DNA of 64,000 bases from Podospora anserina (taxonomy: Eukaryota). This document shows, piece after piece, positions 20,575 to 32,929 of the stretch. Location: contig CM030332.1 in NCBI GenBank assembly GCA_017654855.1, positions 4,898,001 to 4,962,000 of the forward strand, given 5' to 3'. How positions within the stretch are numbered: the stretch's first letter is position 1; every line of letters starts with the position of its first letter. The notes under the pieces were generated by a model, which ran no database searches, was not told the DNA's origin, and worked only from the letters and a program-made list of their open reading frames with translations. The position numbers and the translations under genes were made by a program.

Positions 20575-23073
20575 TCAGCAAATCGTCACCTCCTTCTTCT
20601 CCAACCGCAGCGGATCTAGAGCGAGGTCGTTATGTCGCCTGGCCCTCCTGTCTCTCCGGACATCGTCCATAGTGAAATCGAGTGTACTCGACCTCGGAGG
20701 AGGATCCATATCCCCTTCTTCATATGGTCGGGGATATCCAACAACCTCAAAGCTCTTGAAGAAAGGGAGCCCCGTTTCCTTCATAATGGCCCCATCAATG
20801 AATCCAACCCTCTGATAACATCCATCGTCCAACCTCTTCAGCAAAAGTCCAAATCGATAGTCAACAAAGCCGTGATCCAGCACATGCGGCACACGAATCA
20901 AGAGCATTGCTGCCAGCCCGTCTGTGTCAATTTGACTATCAGAAGATGGAAAATCCGTACCACCTTCTACCCATATACAACCGTTCCTCTCAGTCTGCAG
21001 TCGATATACCCCGTCTGTGATTTCAGATCGACTTGGTGCAAGCCCATAGGCATCATTCAACGGCGGTTCCTTCTCTTGCCTTGCTTTGATCTTGGTGACG
21101 GGCAACAGTGGCCCCCTCATCGTCAAAGTGCCTCCCGCTAACCTGCCAAAGGGATCATGATCCCTCAGTTCCAGAGAGTGGGAAACATACTCTGCCAACG
21201 GCTCAAAGTCAAGGACATTCGATTTCCAAGCAGCGCGCTTCTCATACCACTCATAGACAGGAAACTGAACCTGGCCCATAACCGAAGCCCAGGACCACGA
21301 CGGGGCAACATGCTCCTTTGTCGGTTCAAGCAGTCTTTCAGGGCCAGCTCTGCACCAAAACAGCCCCTCCAGAACACCACTTTTCCACAGACCAGCCATA
21401 TACTCACCCGGCATCTCCCTCATAGCTTCGTGATCATTCTTGCTCCTAATACGCACCAGCTCCCTTGCCAACCCAGCCACAGCAGGAAACCGGTCCGTCG
21501 CCTTGGTGATATCCCGTGCAGTAAAATCCTGCACCACCCAGTACCAATCCACCCAGTTGTACCGACACCCTCCACTGACCTCCCTGTCTGCCGGTCTCCA
21601 CGTTCCATTTGAAAAAACTGTCTTCTTGACGTTTGCCGTCTTAGCAAGCCGGCTAACATGGTTCCGCTGCATGCTCAGAATATTCTGACCTACGACCTCC
21701 CCATCTTCATTTGCCCTGATGGTATTGCACTCCCAGAAAGCTTGGCGGGTTCCGTACTGAAGAGCGCGTAGGGACAGAAACCGCTCTTGCAAACACCATG
21801 CCCTTGAACTTAGAGGCTCGTTTCGGAGGTGGTCTGTATTTTCTGTTGATTTCCAGCTGTAGGTCCAGTCACGGTCGTCAAGTTGGAGGCAGAGCTTGAT
21901 GTTGGTGGTCGTTCTGGAAGATGATGGCGAGGTGGGTGGTGGTGGTGGCAGCGGCACCACATCAGGAGCCTCTCTTGAGGAAAGGAACCCCAAGGTGTCC
22001 CCAGGAGAATTCGCTCCGATGATGACCAAGTGGGCGTACCGGTAAATATCCGCCATCTGAGCCGCCTCTCGGGCCCAATCCTCTGGGTCGTCTTGAAGGA
22101 TGCAAAGACTATCAATCCACACATATCGAAGACCCAAGCTCGCCATAAGGATCACTGCATCCCGGAAGGTCTGCGGTAGCTTTGATATTTCGATTCCTTC
22201 GTGGGTGTGAAGGGCCAAGGTCTTTCGAGTTGTCATAAAAGGTGCTCCTCCAGCTCCCCAACAGTGACTTAGCGCAACAAAACGATCATCCTGATCATGG
22301 CCGTCCGAGTCGATTGACTTCTTTTCTTGCAGATATATCCTGTCTCCTCCAGGAAAGACCTCAATCAATCGCGAAGGCATCCATCTTACAGGTTTGTCGA
22401 GTGGCTGGCATGTCCTACCATGCTCATCGACACACTTGTTGAGCCATGTTTTTGCCAGCGTTAGGCTTTGTTTTGACAATGGACTTGCAGACACCAGGGG
22501 GACCACATTGATGTCCTGTCCTGTCTCTGCGCCTGGTTCGGCTTCCAGGGTAGCTTGACCGATCCGAAGCTCTTGCGGGGCACAAACTGCATCCCTATCG
22601 GCCGCCTCGGTGTCCCCCTCACCATCAAGTCTTGCAAGATTCAGATGTGCCCGAAGGCTTGGATGCACATCGAAAGAGGTGCTACTTTTCACATTACAGT
22701 TGCACACAACAGCCCAGCGGTTCGTCAGTCTGCGTCCATCATCGAGATACCGCGGTAACTTCTCCAGGGATATCTCGAACTCCGCTTCGTTTCGATAAGC
22801 CGGAATCTCGTGAATGGGACGGTGAAGGTCTGCTGGCGGGTGCTCAGCGTCATAATCGGCCTCGAGAGTTGCTCTCTCCACCTGGACGACTCTGGACTGC
22901 GACCACCCCTTTATAACGATGGTACAAAACCTGCAGGTGAAGGAGGAGGTGTGCACCTCGCCGAGAGTCTTGTGCCAGAGGGGGCTTAATGGTGTAGCCT
23001 CGGCTTCATCTGTGAATGCTTCATGTATCGTGGTGGAGAGGCTCAAGCAGAGCGTACAGAGGTCGTCGCTCAT
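20575..23073 (-). CDS. HET (heterokaryon incompatibility, PF06985-type) domain protein
   Basis: PSRLIEV, FVALSHCWG, LPQTFRDAV, LRYVWIDSLCILQDD, REAAQMADIYRYA, LSSRAWCLQER, DRFPAVAGLA, APSWSWAS; 832-aa intronless ORF. Confidence 0.93.
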   Translation of the reverse strand: MSDDLCTLCLSLSTTIHEAFTDEAEATPLSPLWHKTLGEVHTSSFTCRFCTIVIKGWSQSRVVQVERATLEADYDAEHPPADLHRPIHEIPAYRNEAEFEISLEKLPRYLDDGRRLTNRWAVVCNCNVKSSTSFDVHPSLRAHLNLARLDGEGDTEAADRDAVCAPQELRIGQATLEAEPGAETGQDINVVPLVSASPLSKQSLTLAKTWLNKCVDEHGRTCQPLDKPVRWMPSRLIEVFPGGDRIYLQEKKSIDSDGHDQDDRFVALSHCWGAGGAPFMTTRKTLALHTHEGIEISKLPQTFRDAVILMASLGLRYVWIDSLCILQDDPEDWAREAAQMADIYRYAHLVIIGANSPGDTLGFLSSREAPDVVPLPPPPPTSPSSSRTTTNIKLCLQLDDRDWTYSWKSTENTDHLRNEPLSSRAWCLQERFLSLRALQYGTRQAFWECNTIRANEDGEVVGQNILSMQRNHVSRLAKTANVKKTVFSNGTWRPADREVSGGCRYNWVDWYWVVQDFTARDITKATDRFPAVAGLARELVRIRSKNDHEAMREMPGEYMAGLWKSGVLEGLFWCRAGPERLLEPTKEHVAPSWSWASVMGQVQFPVYEWYEKRAAWKSNVLDFEPLAEYVSHSLELRDHDPFGRLAGGTLTMRGPLLPVTKIKARQEKEPPLNDAYGLAPSRSEITDGVYRLQTERNGCIWVEGGTDFPSSDSQIDTDGLAAMLLIRVPHVLDHGFVDYRFGLLLKRLDDGCYQRVGFIDGAIMKETGLPFFKSFEVVGYPRPYEEGDMDPPPRSSTLDFTMDDVRRDRRARRHNDLALDPLRLEKKEVTIC

Positions 23074-25933
23074 CTTCTGGTCAAGATGAAGAAAAGTACC
23101 GGAGAGAGTTTACCGTCATGAGGGTGGGAAATTTTGTTTCCGAGAACACTGCGGAAGAAGGCATCATCACCAACGTTCCTTCCTTCTGTTTGCCTAGCCC
23201 CTTCTGTACAAACGCCTCATAACCCCATTCGAACCCTAACCCTCTCGCGGGACATTCTCACTAAATCTCGATTTATTTTATCTACATCCCCTTGCTGTGC
23301 CATTCGACGAAGGCACGACATGTCTCTGCCATTGCCAGACATACCCACCCATTTGCGTTCAGGGTGTCAGTTGGTTGGCGTATCCGATAAACTGATGTTG
23401 TGCTGCCTTCACTTTATCTTGACAGGTTGCCCAAGACTTCTTCATCGCGCGCAATAATGACAAACATTGATGAGCCTGAGCTAAGTTGAGACAGGCCTCT
23501 GTCAGTTCCCGCCTCTGTCTTTGATTTGTCCCGTCCAGGCTAATCATGTCTCGCCTATGGCAGCATGGAGCAAACACCTCGAGAACCTCGACTATCGGAT
23601 GAAAGCACACACATGCACCACCACCTCTGAGCAAGTCCGTCAGCAGCCAACCGCCCATCCCACAGTTTCTGACTGGATGATGTGCATCCCGGTATCGGTT
23701 TCTTGAATTGTGAAGTCCTGTTAGTGAATATCAAATGCATGCGAACTGCACAGGACTCGTCACATCACAATCTCGAAAAGGCGGGGAGCACATTGGATGC
23801 CACTCTCACACACCCACCATCCGATGTTTAAATTGAACCAGTTCGGCTGACAGAGTGAGAGCGGCAGTCGTCCGAATCCTTACGTCGAAAAAGAAAAGAA
23901 CAATGTCAAAACAAGGCCAGCAAAAGATGGGATGAAAATATAAGAAACAAGACAAACCATGGGACGGGAGGGTGAACAGACTTCAAAGTCCCGAGAGTTC
24001 TGCAGGGCACAGACTTAATGGGAGTCTTAATTCTCTTGGAGACCTGCGTGAAGTTGTCTATACAAAGTCTTGTGTTATCAAAAGACTCAAAATTCCAAAG
24101 TCTTTACCCCGCCAACCTGAAAAACAGGAGTTACCCACCGCAACTGTGACAACCCCTCAGTGAGTTTTATGTCCTGCACTAAGCCACTAACACAGCACCA
24201 ACGTATACACTATTCCCTAATCCAGCGAGGCCAAATGTACTTCACAATTCCAACCTCATATGAAACCGAGGCTGATCCCAATAACCTCACTTCCTCTCTC
24301 ATCGAAATGACAGTAAACCTCTTTCAGCGCTTAGTTATCATCTCATCGCCCAGACAACCCCTCCGGAAGAAACTCCGACCATACATACCATCACGACAAT
24401 CCCCCCATCCACATCTGGGCACGCTAGAACACCCTCTCGAAGCTCTTACCCTCCCACATCTCATTCCGAACTCAACTCAACCGAAACACCACCATCCGTA
24501 GCGTCCCCGAATTCATCATCAGGCGGAATCCACGCAAAAAGAGAGAACCCCTCTCTCTTCTGTTCACTGCTACCGCCCAGCTCGTTCCCCATCCCCGTCC
24601 CCATCCCCGAAAGCCCCACGGGGAACTCCACGTTGTTGTAGATAGTGCCATCCCAATCGAGAAGAGCCAAATCCTATCCGCGGATACACTACACTAGATT
24701 AGACCCTTCGATATCTTTTGACACTAACACCGTCGTATACCATGGTGTCGGGTGACACTAAGATCACCACCAAGCCCCCCAGCTAGAGTTCTCGGGAAGA
24801 AAAAAAAAAAAAGACCACACAACAATCAATGAAGAGAGCTTGATGTCTGTGCGGGCTGGCTCTCCTGTTTTCCCTCCCTTGCTTAATCAACCACCACCCA
24901 GACAACATAACATCTCGCTTGTTTATTCTAGAACTCGGTAACCACTCGGCCGTCCCGTTCACAAATGTGTTTCTCGCCCTGGAGATTTTTGTGTGAATCA
25001 GTTCATCTCACGTTAATCCCATGTCTGGGTAGCAATGACAAACCTCCCTCGAGGTCAAGATCGTCATGCCACACCCAACAACACCACCAAAAACAGTAGA
25101 TATAGCATAAACCCATAATTGTGACAATGCACAACACCCATCCACGGCGCACCCGACCCCAGAGCACCAATTCCCCAACCCAAAAAAACCAAAAAAAAGA
25201 GGCGCCCAATACTCTGTACAACCCCATACAACCTCTTCTTTTCGGCCTTTGTCCAAAAAGCACATGTCTTTTTTTTCCTTTCCAAAGTCGTAGCGCCGAA
25301 CAGGGGCCCAACGTGGTGTGTCCACGTACCCGCTCTCGCCGCCGCCGCCGTCACTGTCACTTCGTGGGGCGTCAAAGCCCCCCCCCTTGCCTGCCCTCAG
25401 CCCATCTGCCAGAATCATCGTACTGCATCATACGGCAGTTGCACAAAGTCACCAGAGAAAACCTTTGAGTAAGGTAGAAGAGAAAACAGAACGATAGATT
25501 TGCACCTCCCGAAAAGCCGTGTGATGATATTTACAAGAATATAAAACGCCTACTGACTTTCCCCCATCGTGAGATGATAATGCTCGATGATAAAAAGATG
25601 TACTAATTAAAAAAAAAAATTTAAAAAACAACCAAAAAAATAATCCCTCCATGCAATTTTTTTTGTGTAAAAAAATAAATCAAAATCCGGCCATCCCCAT
25701 CCCGTCGCCCAATTCCCCAACGCCATGCCAAAAAAAAATTGTCAAAAATGTGTATTTGATCGATTGTAAATCTCCACAAGATTGCAATTGTTGTCTCTGT
25801 CGTAAAAATAAAAAAAAGATTCGGATGTTTGTGAAAATGATATGCAAGCCACAACTGAGGTGAGTTGAACGCTGTGTTGTGGCAACTTGAGGTCACACAT
25901 ACACACAAATAGCGTCCGTTGACCGCTTCCCCC

Positions 25934-28900
25934 CTAATTGCGCCGCATACGATTCCAGATCCGCTTCATGACCCCCTTTTCCGTCCCGTTCGGGTTCCAA
26001 TGGTCAACCCCATCAAATTTGCTCCAGTCCATGCTCTCCTTGGGGGTAACACCCTCCCTCGATCCCACCGTTCTCCCACCCTCGGCAAGGGGCACAGAAC
26101 CGCTCGCACCACCCGTTGGCCGGCGAGCATGTTGCTGGTAGCTCTGTTGCTGCTGCCGTTGCTGCCAGCCGTAAATCTCATCCTCGTGCGCGCGTAGGTC
26201 GGGTCGGGTAAGCGTCATTCGCAACGTCATCTCACGGGATGACACTGGAGCCTGGGCGTAGTTTCCAACCTCGGGCGTTCTAACACGGGCATGCTGAGCA
26301 ATGTCAGGGGAAGCGAATCGCGCGGGGCGGAGACCGCCGGCTCTGTTCTCGAATGATTCTGGTGTCTTGGGCGATTCGGGATCCGCCAGAGAATCCGGGT
26401 CGCTGTTGAGGGAAATGTTTTCGTCTTCATCTTCATCCGCCAAAAATGACTGCAAGTTTGACGGATCGTCGGCTGGTTTCTGTCGTGATTGTCGGCGAGT
26501 AGCCACGTCACCGTCACTTTCTGGCGTCGTACCCCGAGAGAGGACGTCGGCCGCAGGGAAACCAAACTCCACTGCTTCGTCAAACTTTTGGGGTGAAGCC
26601 AGATACACTCGAAGCTTGAGACGAGCTTCGGGATCCTGGTAGTGCGCCGCGGCCGGATCGATCGCCGTGATGGACTGTTGAGGGGCATGTTTTGGTGTGA
26701 TCAATGATAGAGTGCGAGATTTGCGCCGGCTGTGCGACACCGGGCTCGAGGACCCGCTGGCTGGGGGATAGTAGTTTGGTGATATGGGCGAGGTATTGGC
26801 ATCCTTGGTGGCCGGCCTGCTGATGGAAGAAAGCGATGTCCGACCAAAGGGGATCTTGGAGATGGACAGGTGGCGACGAAACGAAGGTCTCTGCTTAGCC
26901 GCCGGCATGCCCTCTCGAAGACCGGCATGGTAGTCGTCCAAGAAGAGACGAAGGTCTAGGTCCTCCTCCTCATCCAACCACCTAAAGCTGTCGATGAATG
27001 ACTGGGGAACACGGGTGTCGTCCGCCTGGTCGACAGGCCCTCTGAGACCCCGGTGTGAATCCATGCTGTGTCGTACTGGCGAGAGTGGTGATGGAAGACT
27101 GTCAACACCCGTCGTCAGGTTTCTTCGACTCGCCTGACGGTTAAGCTTATATACCGCCTCGTCAGCCGCGTCCAGAATGACACTAGCACGCAGACGCCTT
27201 GCCAGCAGAACCTGTTTCTCCCGGCTGAGCTCCGTCTCCTGCGTGGTGTCCGATCGGGTGGTGTAAGGATCAGACGAATTGGAGCCGGAGAAGTGAGACT
27301 CAATCACTGATCCCCGCCGGATATGACGAACGATCTGCTCCGAGTTGCTGCGGTCTTGACGAGCCTTCCGCCGTCTGAAACCCTTGGCTATGTCGTCGTA
27401 GTGCTGTGAGATGCCGTCGACGAGTCCGGACTCCTGGGCAAAACGCAGCCGCTCGAGCGTGGAGAAGTACTGCAAGGGAAGATTATTTCAGTGACGGCCG
27501 CGAGAAGGAAGGGTGGTGCTAGGTAGGTAGCTATATTGATATAAAAAAGAAATGAGGGTGTGAGATACAAGTCGGCGACCTCGTGCACCCCCCCCTGACG
27601 CCCCCTCTGCCCCTAGCACCAATATACGATAGCTTGACGAGCTAAGCGGGAGGGTGGCCCTGCAGAACTGTCCAGCGGTTGGCAGTCACCATTCAGGGGA
27701 GGGAGATCGAGGGGGGGCACAGGACACCAGTCTAAAAGCAGCCGCGGGACCTGCATGGTGCTGTGTGCTCAGGGCCAAAACGCGCTGCGGTGACGCTGCA
27801 AGGTGCCACTCGACTGCAAATGCCACCCTCCTCTCGTGTAAGTGTGAGCCTGGAAACCAGCTTTGGCCCAGACACAACAACAATAACACTGCAACTCATG
27901 CATGCAGCAGGCGAGCATTCAGGCACATTATGGCTGACCGCAACAAGCCCGTTCTCTTCCGCCGTCTGCGTCCCCATTTGCCAATATACCACCACCAGAT
28001 GGAGAGGGAGGGCAATCGTGGGGGTGGGCGCAAAAAAGAAGCGAAAATCTGGACGGATCACTGCTCTTGCAGCACGGCTCGGACAAAGCCCCACGGTTGC
28101 AGCGTCGGTGGACCAATTCCATTGTGATGTCTCTCAGGCAACCCGCTGGTTCGTCCTCAGAGCTTCTCAATGGTGTGGAAGTGGAATCTCGAGATGCTTG
28201 GAGGTTGCGGACGTGGCGGACTACGTAGTACCCAGATCGGCAATCCCAAGGCTTGGCCCACCCCTCCCCAAATATGCCAATCTTGCCCTGAGATTCCGCT
28301 CATCAACCTCATCCCAACCCCGAGGCAGTCAGATCTTTCTTCACATCCACTGGATGGAGATCATGACCGCCGAGCTACCACCGTCGCAACCAGGCAAAAT
28401 GCCAGTGGGCCTCCTCTTCTCGCCCTCTAATGGCCAATTTTTGTGATGTGAAAGGGGACGCGGAACGCGTAAAAGGTGCCATTTGAGAGAAAAACAATTA
28501 GTGTAGAGCGCTCCCATTGGGCGTAAGCAGTGTGCTTGTGAATTTGCATGCAGGCTCCAGCACTTGGGGGAGCCAATGGCGGGAGTGATGAGCTTGTACA
28601 ACAGTTATACGCTGCCAAGCGAACAAAACAAAAACTTGTGGCCGGGCACACGAACGCGGCTACCGGAATCTGGCAGCTACCAGCACGGCTTCAAAAGGTT
28701 GAGAGGGGGAGGGGATGACGACAGTAGAGAAGAAGAATCAAGTAGACTGCTCCTACACACCTTTCGCTGTATGGCTACCGGAAGAGCTTCAAACTCCTCT
28801 CGGGTCATCTGAGGGACAACGGCTTGAGGCTGTCGTTTTTGGATGCTGTTTGACCTCGAATGTCCAGGTCGCCTGTGGTTGTTTCTGAGGTAACCGTCCA

Positions 28901-29570
28901 TTGAGGCTCGTCCCGGCCCTGAGAGCTTTGATAACTGTCCATTAGACTGACTCTGAGGACGTTGCTGCCGCCTTGTCCATCGTGAAAAGAGGGGACTGGC
29001 CGAGCGCTCGTGTTTTCCGGTTGCTGATCTGGAGCGGATATGAGGTCTGAAGGATGCTGAAGTGTAGTCAGACGCGGGAAGGAGCGAGAATCGGATTAAA
29101 TCCGTCTCGGGTATCGGCCCAGGCATTGTGATTTGAGTTTGGCCACCCTCGTCACCGACTTCGCGGTGGTCGCCGCAAGACCAAAGGCTGGAAGTTGATG
29201 CTGATGGAGACAGGAAAAACGTGGAAGTGAGGAGGTGGGACTTGGTGTGAGCTGCGATGGGTTGTCTCGGGTCGTTTGCTGCGAGGGCGTCTGCTGAGTG
29301 ACGATCTGTGTTTGAGATGCTGTTGAAGAAAGGGAGCTGAAGACTTAAGTTGCTGTGATCGAAGCTCAATCTTGTCGGGGGAGTCGAGGGTTCTTCCAGG
29401 AACGGCGAAGAAACGTGGGCTGCCCTTGCTTCTGTGATGAGCCAGGGCATGTCATCAGCAACGCTCTGCCCCGGCGGCTCCAGGGCCATCAGCCCATTGG
29501 GAGCCGCCGGGCTTGTTCCTTTGAAAACAGCGGGCCCCGGGGTGATGGCAGGGGCATCTGGGCTGTCCAT
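25934..29570 (-). CDS. Conserved fungal Ser/Pro-rich hypothetical protein (often annotated mucin-like); exons 29570-28761 and 27469-25934
   Basis: Splicing AAG|GTGTGT..TTGCAG|TAC gives REEFEALPVAIQRK|YFSTLERLR; conserved-looking blocks YQDPEARLKLRVYLASPQKFDEAVEFGFP and REMTLRMTLTRPDLR. Confidence 0.8.
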
Positions 29571-32500
29571 CTCGCTACTGGCTCGTGGTGGCCGAGGCCA
29601 CGATGTCCCTGCTGGCAGAAATCAAGGGTCCAGCCAGTTGGGCAGCCAAGACCAGACCAGGGGGTTGCAAGCCAGGGCAAAAGCCCAAAACGTTCAAAGC
29701 AAACGTTTAAGGGAAAGCCGTCGTGCAAGTGAGCCACAAAATCGTCATTTTTGAGACCAGCCCTTGGTGATCGTGTGCGTCAAGAATGGGCGGTGGGAAT
29801 GGATGGCGATATACTCCGGAGTCACAGCTGTGAAGCTATATTGGATGAGACGGGTGATAATAGGGTTGGCCGAGCTCCCGTCGTCCCGTCCAATCCCTTT
29901 CCAGCACCGAATCGCTGTGATGTGATGGTGCTCCGTACTGGCGGTTGGCAACAGCCGTAATTATGCCGGACGTGGGTAAACAACGATGCCTGAGATTGAT
30001 GAGCGACGGCGGATGGCGATCGAACTCGCGATAAAGACGCTGTCTTTTGGGATGACCATTTCTTATCAAGTCAGCTTGACAGTTCTTGGTTCTGCAGCTC
30101 TGCAGCGCAGTCGGGTTTCAAGCTGTGAAGTGGAGGCTGGCAACACCTATGGGCTTCAACTGATGAATAAGGCGCAATTCTGGGGCACGGCAGCTACTCT
30201 TTTCTTTCCCCAGGTGGGGGACGCGAATCTGCAACATCGTAAACATGGTCCCTCCCTCTTTGGGCAGTTTGAGGGACGCCGACTCCGATTCCAAACATGT
30301 CAAGATCTCTCCGGCTTTGGCTGACTCCGTACTAAAGATGTACGGCAGAACATGATCCCAGGTCCCTGTCCTATATATATCCAGTGTCATAACGCTGGCA
30401 TTTATGAGGCTGCGGCAACTCACAGCACCAGCCCCGCACTGAAACGGTGTTCGAGACCGAGGCTCGCACCTTGGGGGCTGCCTCTGCCTGACCTTGAGTT
30501 TTCACATGTCTTGTCAAGGTATTCCCTTTCATGGTTTTTTCCTGTAATAAAATGCTTGCATAAGTAGAAAAATGTTGGCAGTGGAAAAACCGTTGTTATT
30601 GATCTCATCAGTGAGCTGGCTACGGCAACGCGGGGTGAGTGAGATCCTGCGAACTCTGTCTCCACAGCTGTCTCGCCTGACAAAACTCACCAATAGGTAG
30701 CGTCCCCCCCTCTCAGGGAAGCAAGGTGTGCGTGGGGTTCTTCAGGGGTCCCCCCCTGATGGCCTCTTGTTTCCAGAAGCAGAATTCGAAGAAACATCGC
30801 GATGCCCAGAAGGGCACTTCGCGTCTCTCTGGGCCCGATCTTCCGCATCTCTCTGCCCATGATGAAATTCCCACTCACCGACACGTGTCGTTCAGATACC
30901 GCACCTCCCTAACCCCGCAGCCTGACTGCATCTTCATCGCTCTCTTGTGCAGAGAGTTTTGAAACAGCCGCAACTCCTAGCAACCGTCTTTTCACCGTTC
31001 GCCAAACCATGTCGCCATCCAGTTGCGGGTGAAGGTCTTCGGTATCTCGGCTAAGGCAAAACTTTACCGCTCTTCCTTGGGTACCACTTTCAACCCGTCC
31101 GAGCTACGGAGTATCATTGAAGAACATCTCCACCCTTGCGGTGAAGGTAGGCTGATCGTTCTGGAATTCCTCCGGGATCGTATGCTAATCGAGTCAGTTG
31201 TTTTTGCCGAGCACTTTTCATAACTGTGCTGACATCATAAACGATGACAAGAGAGGCGAGGAACCAATATTCGGCAATCATAATCTTGTCTTGAATCTCT
31301 ATTTACCATGCCGCTGGAAGAGAACGGCTCAGCAAATACCGACAACCCCCATGCTGTTCAGCGACGCACAAGCAATGGCCGTGTTGTGTGACAACTTCAA
31401 TGTTGTGCTCGCTTCCTCCTGTTCAGCCTCGCGCTTTTCCTCCCAACTACAGACGGCAAACCCCCATTTTTTACCCGGCAAGGGGGCAGTCTCCTCCATC
31501 ATGGATCTTCCGGCCAGTCCCTTGTGGCTTAATACGGCTAACCGTTTAATAGGCGATCAGATGGGATGGGTGGACGATGGGTCCAGACATCCGGTTCACT
31601 CGGCCTGGCAGCCCCGAGATCTCGAGATCTATCAAAATAGTTGTACCTGGGTCCTATCAGCCCTTGCTAGGGGCGGCAGTCATCGACGCTGTCGTCGTCC
31701 GCTCATCCGGCACTCCGAACGCAGGGCAGTGAATTCAAGTATGTGCAGCGCAGAAAGAAGATATCGATGCTGCAGGGAACCGTAAGGAAGGCGCTGGCCG
31801 TTCGTGTGAGTATCCCAATCTCTTTCGAGGATCCCATCAGGGCCTTTGGATGGGTTGCTCAACCCCCACGACCACGGATGCCAATGTAAGGATACGAGGC
31901 GAGATCCGGCGACCTGGGAGGCCAGGCTGAATCCCTGGCGGTTGGAAGTGGCACATTCCGTCTATGAGGTCAAGATCTGGCCTCTGGTGGATGCCTAGGA
32001 GAAGTCATGCCCAGTTGGGAGTCTCGCCGGACACAAACAAAAGATACAGGGTTAGCTGTGCCGCCTGGATATTCGGCGGTGAAGTCCATCTCGAATCCTA
32101 CCTACCTATGCGGCCGTCTATGCCAATAAAAACCGGCCTTGGCATGGTTTTGAACTTGCTTCCTGTTGATGATCCTAGAAGCTCTCAGCACAGAGTGAGT
32201 GTCCCACCTTCACCGTTTCAGATAAGGTAGGCGGATTGAAGGGGATAGGATTGCAATCGTCGAATTAAGCTTCACAGATGTACGGCCGAGCGTTGATCAT
32301 GAGGTCTGCCTCAGTTGTCGCTGCTACTACGTAGCATTTCTGGGGGTTCTCAGTCTGTAGGGAAGAGCTTCAGACCAAAAATGTGTCTGGTGATTGATGG
32401 AGACCCTTGTCTTACACGGTCAGTAGCCAATCAGAGCCAAGCAATAGGTAGGTAAGTTCCCAAGGAAGCGGAAGGAGCAACCGACCACAGACAAGCAAGA

Positions 32501-32929
32501 TTCAAGTGTCCGCCATCGTGAAATTCGTCGGCAACCTACAACCTCAGGCACTGTGCGAGATGCATTTCCCTCTCATTCGAGTCAAAATTGCGTCTAGAAA
32601 ACACTGATTCCGCTCTATCGCTTGTGTCCCGCTCATATAACATGTCATAATTTGTTTCCGCCCTACCCTTTGACGCAGATTTCCACCCTCACCGGTTCCC
32701 CGCCTCTGCTGTATCAGATGCACACACTTCTGCCACTCCCGTCACGATCCAGACAAGCATCCTGGCAACCTGGTGACTGTTGCACACCAAACCTCCTCAC
32801 TTTGGCACCACATGCAAACGCCACGAAAAAAAAATACCAAAACGCTTTCCCCATTTGATCTGGCCAAAGTCACATCATCATGGCCTGTATCTCGTCTACT
32901 CGGTGTGCCCTATCTAGGCGGTCGAATCT

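Noticed and set aside
24200-24760. Minus-strand G-rich 69-aa ORF (LLDWDGTIYNNVEFP...) with splice-like signals
   Set aside because: Could be a small gene fragment, but I could not build a consistent model or recognise homology.
30850-31230. Protein-like minus-strand reading with internal stops
   Set aside because: No recognisable family; cannot be distinguished from intergenic sequence by eye.
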